From NCBI GenBank assembly GCA_032718475.1, contig JAUCBJ010007329.1, positions 1 through 64,000 of the forward strand: a DNA stretch of 64,000 bases. The letters run 5' to 3'. Shown here in pieces: positions 40,401-52,830 of this stretch; the first letter of the stretch is position 1, and every line of letters begins with the position of its first letter. Below the pieces are notes generated by a model. It did not search any database. It worked only from the letters and a program-made list of their open reading frames with translations, and was not told the DNA's origin. Source of the stretch: Nemertoderma westbladi (taxonomy: Eukaryota > Animalia > Xenacoelomorpha). Both the position numbers and the translations under genes were made by a program.

Positions 40401-43238
40401 ATACGTTCTGACCCGTAATGTTCTAGAACATTTTGTTTTTCTCTTAAGTACAGTAGCTGGGCAAGAATGCAAGTATGATAATACTAGTTTTAAAATGGAT
40501 ATATAATCATATATAAACAGAAGTCAACAAAACTGGAGCAAATACATTGATTATCTCAGCTATTTCCCAACCAAATTTAAATGTTTTTACATATTTGGAA
40601 TCCTTGCATGGCCTGGCCAGCTTTCTAACAATATCAACAAATCACTATAAGGTTGAAGAATAACTGTGAATATAATTTTGAAACTAAATGGGTGTTCACA
40701 TAACGTATGTGTAAGTGTATGTAAAGACATTCTACCGATTCGAGTTTTATTACATTATATATACGCATACGGTATCAAATTAACAGGGTTCGGAGAATTA
40801 CTCGTAACAGTGCAAGGTATATACCACTTTGCAGTGTTGCAGCCTATAGGGCGAAACGCTGCTAATTAATCAATAACCTGGAAACAACTTAACTAAAAAC
40901 GATAATGATAATAAATCCTTTCTTCACATACCGAACGCTGATAAGTTGACATAATGTAACAGCATTACATACATCATTGCTTGCAAAGGTCACTTTACGG
41001 CGTTAAAGACCCTTGTTTATTTATGTAAACCTCCACCGCTGAGCTCGCTACTTCGCACACAATGATGTAAATAGTTATTATTCGCTTTCATTTGCGTTTT
41101 AGAGCATTTATTATATATTAAGTAAATTTCAATTAAGCGGACATAACGGTACATAAAACTAAAAAAATACATAATTATAATGTACGGTAGGCCTATATAT
41201 AATATATAATAATATGCCCATATATTTTTTCATTCGAAAATTGAAATATCACATATATCAGTAACTATATAGATCAGTGTTGTTCTCGATATTTCGCGTT
41301 CACCTGTCTGCCTGTTCACAATTAAATTTATTTTACTGTAGCGTAGCGTAACAACTACCGACAAGCGACAACACTAGAATATTATAAGTTATTATAGTTA
41401 TTTACGTACTAACTAACCGAATATAATAGCCTAAGCCTACCGGTATGTGTTACCGATATACACCATGTCCTGGAATATAGTTTCGTTATTCAGGTACTTG
41501 CCCCCCCCCCCCCCCCCCCCCCCCAATTGCATCAAATTTGAAACATAGTCAGTTTCACCTCCCTCCTCCTTGCTGGGTGAGCCATAATTTTTATTTTCGC
41601 TTTCAATCTTTAGCTACAAGCGTTTAAAAAAGGTGTCTCCGGTGATATTACACCAGTTACACCGCAGTTATTCTTCTACCTTATAGTGATATGTTGGTAC
41701 CGGTACTGATGGAAAGCTGGCCATGCAAGGATTCCAAATATGTAACATAATCTGAATTTGGTTGGGAAATAGCTGAGATATGAGCGTTCAAAATTTGCAT
41801 GGTTTTGCATCTGCCTGAGGCTATTTTGTTCTATTAAATAAAAACATTGTACCACATTCTAGAACATTTTGTTTAGGCCTATTTATGAATAGCTACGTAA
41901 TAGAATAAATGCCTGCAGGGGAAGCAAATACATGCAACATTCGAATACCTATATCTCGGGCATTTCCCAACCAAATTCAAATATTTTTACATATTTGGAA
42001 TCCTTGCATGGGCAGCTTTCTATTGATACCATCAAATCACTATAAGGTTGAAGTATAACTGCAGTGTAACTGGTGAAATATCACCGGAGACACCTTTTTT
42101 AAACGCTTGTAGCCAGGCGCGGATCCAGGGGGGGGGGGGGGGGTAGGGGGCTAGAGCCCCCCCCCCCCCCCCCCCCCCGACATGGCGAAATCGTGTCGTG
42201 ATAATAGTCCAAAGTCATAACCCGGTTTACGTTTTCTCTTTAATATAAAATAAATGTTATGAAAGTATTGCTATATTGCTACTTAGCTCACAACGTGATT
42301 CAATTACAGTGTATCCAACCACGTTAATAACTCAGCCAAATCTCGATAAAATATATCCAAACTTGGTACATATGTAGTCTGGCAAAAGTTTAGAAATTTT
42401 CCAAGTTGAATTTGCGTGGTGTCTTCGTGCAGCATCTGTGCAACTGTCTTACAGTTATAATAAATTTATCTACCCAAAAATTATTAAGCTTGGCATCAGC
42501 TGGTTGCTAGGAGACTACAGGATTACAGTACGGTACCGGTACTGTTAACCGTTACAGTGGTACAGAGTTACCGGTACCGTCTTCAGGTGGAATAATCCAC
42601 CAGAATAAAAACGAATTTAAAGACAAACCTCATTATAAAGCGAATATATCAGCACTTTGTTCACTTCTTTCTTCGTTGGCTACTCAATTATTTTACTACT
42701 TCTTAATATTTATTAATAATTTCTCTTTTGCAATCTTTTATCGTCTTTCATCTTATAGTTTCACTTTAACAACTGTATATCATATCGGTACTAATATGAA
42801 GCGAACAATGAAGGATTTTTTTGGAGTTTTAGAAAAATCGCGCGATTGGAGGTGGAAGAGACGATGGTGGCCATTGTACCGGATCCGGAAGTGGCGAGTA
42901 CAAGTAGTAGACAGGCGGATAGCCAGACGGCAAGCAGAGATAGCTCCGATATATGTGCGGAGCTGGCGCCTAACAAAAGGAATATAGGATATGGACTACT
43001 AAATAAACATTTATCTGGTGGGGAAAAGTTGGTGTTATTAACCGATCGATAGCAGCCACCTCAAGGTTACCTATTCCCAAGTGTTACTGATGGTAAACAG
43101 AAACGCTCCTTCCAAGCCAAGTGGATTCAAACATACCCGTGGCTATCATATAGTTTACTGAATGAAGGAGGTTTCTGTGTTCCCTGCGTTGTCTTCAGTG
43201 GAGTTGGAGCAAATCGCAAGGTTGGCAAAGGTACCCAT

Positions 43239-44230
43239 TAGAGTTGAAACAGAGACCTGTCACTGATCTCTGTTCTCTGGATTCTCCGGGCTATTTTTTG
43301 GTCTCTGGATAAGTCTCTGGTTCCCGGGTATTGAAAACAGACATTTTACCCAGAGATCAGTGATTTTACAAATTAGAATTAGTTATTTAAAAATAGATCC
43401 TGTACAACACAAAATGTGAAAAGATTTTTTTTCACAAATTTTTTACAATTTACTCCGCTTCAACAAAATTATATATTCACTTTTACAAAACTTTTAATCT
43501 AACTCTAAATCTGACTCAAACTAAATGTACCGATAATCTTCTATTTAATTTAAGGTTCGTTTAATTTTAAGTTAAATTAGCACCTAAAGAGGGTTCTTAT
43601 TTAAGGATAAGGGTGCTTAATTTGAGCACTCATAATGTTTAAAAGTGAAAGAAAGGGCTGATCTCCATTCAATTTGTTATAGGATAGATAATATGACGAC
43701 CAAATGAAGAGAACGAGCGTAACGAGGGTTGTAAATGGGGCGAGTAGAGTACTATATACCTGTGCACTAAGTATTCGTAAATTACTAAGTTTATTTTATA
43801 GTACATTGAATGAAATGTATATGATTTGAACTATAATTGTAAAATAAATGCCTTTAATTAACAAAGTACCTGTACCTATGGCGCAAAACAAATTAATGTA
43901 AAAAAATATCAAAATAAGAACGAATTAATAAACAAATAACCAAATTAATATTAATTAATTCCCCCAACCTGTACGTGTACGTACGTGCGCTTATTTTATT
44001 CCAATGGGTCAGGGTTGACATGGGTTGGATTTACTGTAATTCAACCATATAAAAATAGTTATCAGTCCATTTGTACCTGTTTGTGCTTTATGGGACTAAT
44101 CAAAATGACGCAAAAAAATATGCACAGTCTCTGATCTCTGGGTCTGGTCTCCGGTATTTTTCAAAATGATTCTCTGGGTAGGTCTCCGGTTCACCGGGAT
44201 TAAGAAAAACAGGTCTCTGTTGCAACTCTA
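43239..44230. mobile_element. hAT-type MITE nested in the hAT transposase
   Basis: TIR TAGAGTTG(A/C)AACAGAGACCTGT. 8-bp TSD GTACCCAT at 43231-43238 and 44231-44238. Confidence 0.92.
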
Positions 44231-45661
44231 GTACCCATTAAGAGCTTGGCGTATTAGTTTCGCAGCCCTTTTGTAAATATAAGAAGGCTCTAGAACAAAT
44301 TCAGCCGCACGACAAATCTGGCTACCACAAGGAGAGTGTTGAATGAGCGGCAGCTGATATATATATATTATGGCGCAGCCTGGACGGTCAATAAAAAATC
44401 GTTTAGAAGCTAAACGTGCAAGATTAGTAGCGGAAAACCGCTCCCGTTTAATGCCAATAATTAAAACCGTATTATTTTGTGGCTTTAATAATCTCCCCCT
44501 CCGCAGCCATCGAGATGACGGTGGGATAGATATTGATGAAACTGATGAATATGGGACGTGCTCAGAGGGAGTATTTCGTTCCCTTCTTAAATTTAGGGTT
44601 GATGCTGGAGATGAGGTTCTTGGCCCAATGCCACTATGATAAAAACAACACAAAATGAAATGATTGACTGCGCCAAGGTTGTTCTCCAAAACAAAATCGC
44701 TAGTAATGTTCGGACTGCGAAACTATATTCAGTTTCACTTGATGAAACAGCTGATGTGAGTGGGAAGGAGCAGGTATCATTGGCCCATCGTTACGGTATC
44801 CATGAGGACTTTGATGCGTTTGTAGAGGTAATAGATGTTAAAGGGACAGGATTAGCTAAGTTACTTCTCGATGAACTATCCAAGCTGGGTTTAAGTTTTA
44901 AGGACTGTTGTGCTCAGTGCTATGATGGGGCTGGGGCAATGGCTGGACATTTTATAAGGTGTCAGACGATATTAAAGGAGATACAACCACTGGCTACTTT
45001 CATCCATGGCTTCAATCACAGGTTATATATTAAAAATATATTATAATAGCAATTAATATATGTAATCGTTTTAGTTGGGATAAGTGAAGGTTAAAAGACC
45101 ATATCTATAGATGTTTAAAGGCTAGCTAATTTTACCCTATTGCCATGACAACAAAAAAATATACCAATTATAAATTATAAGTAGCCAATGTAAGATAAGA
45201 AATATGAATTAAAATACATTTAACTTAATAATAAACAGATAATTAATGGGACTTAGAGTGAACTAAACCAAACTTGTGTCCTGTGTGTGCTGAATAAATT
45301 GAATTTTACTTACTTAATTAGGCTATTTTTATTTCAGGTTAAATCTTGTGATTACACATGCTGCTGAACAACGTGAGGTGCGTAATGCATTGGGCACACT
45401 ACAGAAGGTGTGCACATTTATCAGAGCATCGCCTAAACGTGTAAAGAAAATGGAGGAAATCCTGATGGCAAAGCGAGAGAGTGGCGAAATATCTAAGTCA
45501 TGTATCAATCGGGTAAAACTGCTATGCCCTACACGCTGGGTGGACCGCCACGTTGCGGTGATGGTGTTTAAAGAGCTGCTTCCCGCAATCATCGATGTGC
45601 TAAATTGGGTTTCGGAGACCGGCGCTAGGGAAGCTAGACCTGAAGCTGCGAACCTTCTGGT

Positions 45662-46164
45662 CAGTCGGGGAGAAGTTATATTTTCAACTGAGTTGAAATT
45701 TCAACTTTATTTTTTAAAATTCAACTTTTTATTAAAATTCAACTTTTGGAGTAGAGTTTAAAATTCAACTTTTTTTTAAAATTCAACTTTTGGAGTAGCT
45801 TTCGAAATACTAAAATATGGAATTGGAATCCATTACTGGTATTCCATTGTATAATAATTATGACATTCAGCGGTAATTAAATACATCTAATAAATCCCCA
45901 TAGTATTTAAGCTAATTTGCAAATGTAATCACTTAAAATGTTTTAAAAAAAGTGTTCCCGACGGTGAAAGTTTTTATTCCATCGGTAATGAGGGTTAATT
46001 TTTCGAGTTACATCCATAAAAACAATAAAAACACCCCTTCTGTCACGTCTTGGGGGCCTTCTGCGCCTCCTGCCATTTTAGAGTTGAATTTACAACTTAA
46101 AAGTTGAATTAAAAAAAAAGTTTTAAATTTGAACTCAGTTGAAATTTGAACTTCTCCCCGACTG
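45662..46164. mobile_element. CAGT-ended MITE with 5-bp TSD nested in the hAT transposase
   Basis: TIR CAGTCGGGGAGAAGTT. TSD CTGGT at 45657-45661 and 46165-46169. AGTTGAAATTTCAACT-type palindromes inside. Confidence 0.9.
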
Positions 46165-47511
46165 CTGGTGGCCACGCAATCTCCCACATTAATTGTTGCT
46201 ATTGAAGTAGCCTCAGCATATCTTGCTTTAACTCTAGGTGTTAGTGAAGCGCTTCAAGACCCAACTATCAACCTTGCTTCTGCTTACAAACGGATTGATG
46301 AAGTTTTAACAGAGCTTCCAAAGTTAAGGGATGATAGTGAGCAGATCTTTGCTCATATCTACCAACAAGCGAAGAAGACCGCCTATGTTCTTGGGGGTGT
46401 AGAGTTGGGGGCAAATATTCGTCATCCAAGGATATTGTTAAGGTTGTGGAGGAACTTCATCTCGATGATGATATGGATATTCCCATGGCAGCATGGAGAG
46501 AATTTCTACAGAATTGAGTTCCTGGTACCAAATAGTTTCAAAACTTTCCAATGGTGAGAAATCATCCCTAGATATTAAAGTTTGGGTGAAGAACGCCAAA
46601 GATTGTTTTTTACCGGGGATAGTAATGCTTCTGCGGTTCTTCGGTATGCTTCAAGTTTCGAACGCCACAACTGAGCGAACATTTTCGCTCATTTTCGCTT
46701 TTGAAATCGTACTTATGTGCCACAATGACACAACCCCGACTAACTGGTCTGGCTTTACTTTCAATCCACAAGCAGACAAAGATATCAAACTCACACCAGA
46801 TGAGATAATTAATGAATAGGCTATGCTGGTCGCCAGGCCCGTCGATTACTGCTCATTTAACTATTGCCGGTATAAAATATGTATATATATAATATATATA
46901 TTTATGTATATAAATATATAATATATAAATTATTGTATTTTACAATAGGCTAATTGTATTATTTGTATAATTATTACTTTTATTTAAAAGATTTCTATTA
47001 AAATATTTTAATGCTAATATATTTAGTTTATAACGAAAATTTAAATGGTTTAAAAAAATTGATCTGGGGGTATCATACTTTTAGCAGCTTAGCCCCCTCC
47101 GAAAAAATACCTGGATCCGCGCCTGCTTGTAGCTAAAGAATGAAAGCGAAAATAAAAATTCTGGCTCACCTAACACTGCAACAAGGAGGAGGGAGGTGAA
47201 ACTGACTCTGTTTCAAATTTGATGCAATCTCATTAAGATTTGTAGAATTTTTTTTTTTTTTTTTTTGGGGGGGGGGGGGGGGTGGGTGGGGTCCAGGTAC
47301 CTGAATAACGACACTTAAGGAAAAGATTCCAGATGTCCATTCCTATAATATTCCAGGACATGGCAGCATGGTGTATAACTGTCAGACTGTATAATAATGT
47401 ACCCTGAGCCTGAATGTATGCCTCGCGTACTTATTTCGGATAGCCAGATAGCAGGATAGTCTGATAGTACAGTAAAAAATAAAATCAATAAATACAGAAA
47501 TATTACGATAC

Positions 47512-47889
47512 CTGTAGACTGGATAGTTGGCAGACGCTATCCGGGAGGATGTTGAGCTGATTTCTGCTGAGATCGAGAATTCTTAGAGACTGCAATTGCC
47601 TCAACTCTACAGGCAGACTCTTTATAATGTTGTAGTAGCACATAAGTTTCTCTAAAGAAAAATACTCGCACAACTCCGACGGAAGTTCAGACAATCGGTT
47701 ACGCGAGATATCAACCTCCATGACGTCATAAAGTTGGTCTCGAATCGCGTTGCTAGGCAACGTTTTGAGGCCTCTGGATGAGATATTGAGGTATCCGGTT
47801 CGATGGGCCTCATCGAAGGCTTTGTCGAGGTTTCTGTGATACTGAGACACCGAGGAAAGTTTGTCAGTCGGTGTAAGTTCATCAGCCAT
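47512..47889 (-). CDS. LRCH: LRCH exon 1 (126 aa, N-terminal LRRs)
   Basis: LDKAFDEAHRTGYLNISSRGLKTLP..DISRNRLSELP..LDLSRNQL matches the LRCH N-terminus. The donor CAG|GTATCG is phase 0 and joins exon 2 as LQ|VLNVSSNRL. Confidence 0.92.
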
Positions 47890-48346
47890 TGGGATATCTC
47901 ATACCGGTAATCAAAGCTAAGCAGCTAGGGCCTAAGCTCCAAATAATATTATTTAATAGGCCTATCACCTATTGCAGTATTGTCTATTGAAATGTCCTAC
48001 CTATATACAATACAATCGGGCACTTTGTCAATATTGACATGTGTCAATATTGACAGGTAGAGCTAGTTTCTCCAGGATGGGGCATGTCAAAATTGACATG
48101 AACATGTCAATATTGACATTTTTTTACCTGACGTGTTCAAATATTTCCAGACGTGTTTTTTAAATATAAAAATCGATATTATAAGTAAATTAGAAACTTT
48201 TGACCGTGCGGAAATTTTTTTCACCGTGCCGTTTAGTTAATATAAATACTAAAAGTTTTTCTCATGTTAAAATTGACATACATGTCAAAATTGACATGTA
48301 ATAATGAGAACAGAAGTGTGGGGTTAGGCCACGCCACCCTATAGAC

Positions 48347-49704
48347 TAGGGCTCGATCGGAGTTGGGATTTGGCCGGAGCCGGAGCAGGAGCCGGAGTTG
48401 GACAATTTGGCCGGAGCCGGAGCAGGAGCCGGAGTTTTTCAAAATTTAAAAAATTTAATTATTTATTTAAAAAAAAATAAAGTATGGTTATCGTTTCGCC
48501 AATCGCTCATAATCAATCATACTGTAGGTCTAATTAATTTCATAATTTATAGATTTACGAATTTTCAATTTAAAATTTAAGTAATTAATCTATCACGGAC
48601 AGACGGCCTGACGGCGACGGCCTGACTCTGACGGCTAAAAATTACCTACAGTACCTAACTCACTAACTGTCTAACTGTGGCAGTGTGGTAGAGGTGTGTA
48701 CTGTAGGTAGCCTACCGCCATTCTGCTAAGTAGGGCATGTACGCCGAACGCGTTCGGCGCACAATTTTTTCCAGAATTTGGAGCAGGCGCAGAAAATTGA
48801 GAGCGCAGCGCCGCGCAGCGCGCAGGCGCAGAAAATTTAGAGCGCGGCGCGACAGGCGCAGGCGCAGAAAATTGATAGCACGGCTCAGACTTGCACTACA
48901 GCACTAAGTCAGTACCGGTAAGTAGGTAAGTAGACCTACCCGCTACCCCTGGCAGTCTGCCGACTACCGGTAACAGGGTAATGACAATACAGATAAGACT
49001 GTAAGAAATACTGAAATAATAAGCCTCCTACAGTCCTACTTGCTACTTGGCTGCTTGGTGTGCTTTAGGCCAGTACCGGTACAGCAGTAGGCAGGCAGGT
49101 ACGTGGTAGGAGATTTCGCACAGTATTTCTGCTGTGCGCGCCAATCTCGCGCAGAATTTCTGCTGCGCGCGCCAATCTCGCGCAGTTTTTCTGCTGCGCA
49201 CGCGGATTTTGCACTGTTTTCGACTGCGCAGGCGCACATTTTTTTCTGCGCCGCGTCGCGTTCGGCGCACAAAAAAATCACTTAGCATACGGGGCCTACC
49301 GTACGTGTACCAGTACTGCAGTACAATATGCTGACATGACAGCAGTAAATGGCTGCAGTGGTACAGTCTGACAGTGTACAATCATAGCATTTACAATTTT
49401 TTACAGTAGGGCCTATCTGTAATAGTCTGCTAGTCAGCCAGCTGGCCAGTACCAGTACTGCAGTACAGTCAGTCAGTCATTGACTTTAAGTAAATACTGC
49501 AGTATTATCAGATTATACTTGATATTGAAGCTGTACTACAGTACTTATAGTGTTAAATAATTGTTCAGATTAGAATATGCACGAAATATAATACTTTATT
49601 AAAAAATTAACTCCGGCAATATTTTTACCGGAGCCGGAGCAGGAGCCGGAGGTGCCAAAATGGCCGGAGCTGGAGCCGGAGGCCGGAGCTCCGATCGAGC
49701 CCTA
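48347..49704. mobile_element. hAT-type MITE (GGAGCC repeats), copy 1, with a ~600-bp GCGCA-rich internal insertion
   Basis: TIR TAGGGCTCGATCGGAG; 8-bp TSD CTATAGAC. Confidence 0.92.
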
Positions 49705-49797
49705 CTATAGACTATACTATAACTGTATAACCCTGTATGGAATCCATCCAAAAAGTGCGCCGGATAGCGCGCCCACGAAATTTTGATGAGCGCCACA

Positions 49798-50566
49798 TAG
49801 GGCTCGATCGGAGTTGGGATTTGGCCGGAGCCGGAGCAGGAGCCGGAGTTGGACAATTTGGCCGGAGCCGGAGTTTTTCAAAAATTTTAAAAATTTAATT
49901 ATTTATAAAAAAAAATAATGTATGGTTATCGTTCGCCAATCGCTCATTTATGAGCGATTCAATCATACTGTAGGTCTAATTACAGAATTAATTTCATAAT
50001 TTATAGATTTACGAATTTTCAATTTAAAATTTAAGTAATTAATTTATCACAGACAGACGGCCTGACGCTGACGGCTAAAAATTACCTACAGCTGTACAGT
50101 ACCTAACTCACTACCTAACTGTACACTGTACAGCCGTAAGTGTACAACATACAAGAACAGCAGTACAGTATGCTGGCATGGCAGCATGGCAGCAGTAAAT
50201 GGCTGCAGTGGTCAGTGGTACAGTGTACAATCATAGCATTTACCATTTTTTACAGTGTACAGTAGGGCCTACCTGTAATAGTCTGCTAGTCAGCCAGCTG
50301 GCCAGTACCAGTAGGCCTACTGCAGTACAGTCAGTCAGTCATTGACTTTTAAGTAAATACTGCAGTACTGCAGTATTATGCTTGATATTGAAGCTGTACT
50401 GCAGTACTTATAGTGTAAATAATTGTTCAGATTAGAATATGCACGAAATATAATACTTTATTAAAAAATTAACTCCGGCAATATTTTTACCGGAGCCGGA
50501 GCAGGAGCCGGAGGTGCCAAAATGGCCGGAGCCGGAGCCGGAGGCCGGAGCTCCGATCGAGCCCTT
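49798..50566. mobile_element. hAT-type MITE (GGAGCC repeats), copy 2
   Basis: Same TIR with the last base mutated; 8-bp TSD GCGCCACA. Confidence 0.92.
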
Positions 50567-52329
50567 GCGCCACACGCCGACGCAATCTTAATGTGCGCCG
50601 CGCGCCGACTCAATTTTGATGCGCTCCGCGCGCCGATGCAATTTTGATGTGCGCCGCCGCGTGCCGACAAAATTTCGTCAAAGAAATTTTGAAGCGCGCC
50701 GAGCGTCAAGGAAATTTTGAAGAGCGCTGCTCTGCTGCTCGTCTCTCTGCCTACCCTTATACAATTTTAAAGGCATTGGCATCAACGGCATCATGCACTG
50801 ACTCAATCCATAATTATGTAATCTTTCTAAGCAAATGTGTAACACACTGCGCCGCCCGCCGCGCCCAGGCTCCTGGCCAAATATCAAGAAAGGCTGAAGG
50901 AGAAATGCTGCGCCGGGTAAAAAAATCCCGCCGGCTCTTCAAAGCTGCACCGGGCTGACTGGTATAAAATATAAAATCTGGCTGTTAGTGTACAGTCTGA
51001 CAGTACCTGTAGTTTATTATGTTATCTATAATACTGCAGCTGCATATAGTCAGATAGTATAGGATAGTATAGTATGTAATTTATAAAATATGTATGACGT
51101 ATGTAATGAAACATATCCCCCATAACCCCCCTTCCACCACCACCTGTCTTGAGTTGATGGCACCTACAAGAGACACGTATTCATTTAAATACTGCATTCG
51201 AATTCGACAAACTTATGTTCGTTCCATAACAAGTAATAATAAGATACCACAATAAAAGGATGGGGAAAGATTTGGATATTTGAATATATTAAACTTTATA
51301 AGGTTTTAATAATTATTATTTCTTGCATGTTAAACTAAATCATCAGGTACAGCGTGCCATTAATAAGTATTCATGGTATTGGCATTTGTTTGTAAAGTAG
51401 CACTTTTGGAAATTGTGCTAATCCGAGTTGTTACTTAAACGAACGAAAGTTGTGGGTGGGTGAAATAAAAATAAGGATACAGAGACGGAAAACCTTTAAG
51501 ACAAATGCAACAAGTACAGTAGTTGCGTTGTTTTATTCCAAAAGTGTAACATGATTGATTATGAATTATAGAAAGAATATTAAAGACTACTTCAGTAGGC
51601 CTAGTCCTTGTATTTATGTACTACACGTTCTACTTTATTACATACTACGTAATGTGGTCCGTTATAAGTCTATGCTACAGATACGGTTAATATCGCCAGA
51701 ATAACAATAAAATATTAATTTTTGCACATGTACGTACACGTACAATACATTAAAATAAAATAAACACATATCTGGCAAAGTATGCTAATAAGCGTATGTA
51801 CAGTACAGTACTATGTACTATTGTAAGAAATATACGGATAATGGTTTAGAGTTGATGCATGTTAATTATTAAAAAAAATTAAATTACAGTAAAATTAAAT
51901 TAAAAACCGGCAAAGCATACTTAGGTTCAAGGGCTTCAACAACATACAGTCTTACTAAAGGCAAACATATTAATAAGGGACAATTTTACAATACTCTAAA
52001 GGATACAACGTGTAAATGTAGTTATACGGAACATAAATTTGGTACCGGTACCGTAGGTAGTACCGTATGTCGCATAAGTAAAATATTACTGCTGAAATAA
52101 AACGTGCAAAGTAAAGTAACTACAAAAGATAGGACAACAATTAAACATAAAAAAAAACTATTTTAAAATTTAACATACAAAAATGTTTTTTTTGGGATTG
52201 AAAAAATGAAAATAATAGGTACTGTAGCTAGATTTTAATAAAGATATCGTTGTATCCGAAATATATCTGAAAGATATCGCTTTCGCTACTGCCACTTGGC
52301 GCACAGGAGTATCACTACATATTAATTTT

Positions 52330-52830
52330 AAGGGACATTTCGCAATCTAGTCTATTTTTGAATGTGTTCAAACATGGAGTACCAAGGGTATTACGTGCAT
52401 TAACAACACTTTCCGGTAATGGTAAAGGATTCCAAATGTTTACAACGCTGTCTGCAAAGTTGTTGCATCTCCTTTGAGTCCTATAGTTCGAACTTTGTAC
52501 AGCGCCAAGGAAGAGCCTCGTGTTGAGTATTGGTGTTGTTTGGAGCGAAACTGGAAGAAATTACTTCGCTCAATATTGTCAATCACGTGGATAAACTTGT
52601 ATGTTGTTATAAGGTCGGCTAGTACACGGTGATATATTAATGTCGGTAGTTTGAGTGCACGTAGTCGGTTTTCATACTGTCATATGATACAACTGTGGCA
52701 CGGGGTTGTACTTGTTCAAGATGATTCGTATTCAAGGAGAGGCCGAACAAGGGATTTGTATAACAGGGTCAGAGGGTAAACATCGGAGCTTCCAAATATG
52801 TAAAAGTTCTTCCTATTAAATAGTGTCTAG
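52330..52830 (-). pseudogene. CR1-like LINE 3' fragment
   Basis: Manual translation gives LLYKSLVRPLLEY, YENRLRALKLPTL..RVLADLITTYKF, STRG, VVNIWN..LPESVV and LNTFKNRLD. Confidence 0.8.

Larger units (their letters stand above)
42796..46819 (+). pseudogene. hAT transposase pseudogene (TTF-type zinc finger, DUF4371-like region, hATC dimerisation region; PRKRIR/ZMYM1-like type)
   Basis: Motifs RSFQAKWIQTYPWLSYS..GFCVPC, LPLRSHRDD, GVFRSLL, SLDETADVSGKEQ, QCYDGA, CPTRW and VSNATTERTFS. Contains stops, frameshifts, two nested insertions and a probable intron ~45022-45337. Confidence 0.9.
42114..47125 (+). mobile_element. hAT DNA transposon, full length, decayed
   Basis: 16-bp TIR CAGGCGCGGATCCAGG. 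8-bp TSD CTTGTAGC at 42106-42113 and 47126-47133. Confidence 0.95.
41461..47373. mobile_element. Long-TIR foldback element (arms ~320 bp) interrupted by the hAT element
   Basis: 41461-41780 is the reverse complement of ~41950-42113 plus 47126-47373. Ends are CACCATG/CATGGTG flanked by TATA. A further fragment lies at 40550-40670. Confidence 0.8.

Noticed and set aside
48233-50958. PAPAPA / GAGAGA and Arg/Ala-rich ORFs
   Set aside because: Translations of GGAGCC and GCGCA subterminal repeats of MITEs.
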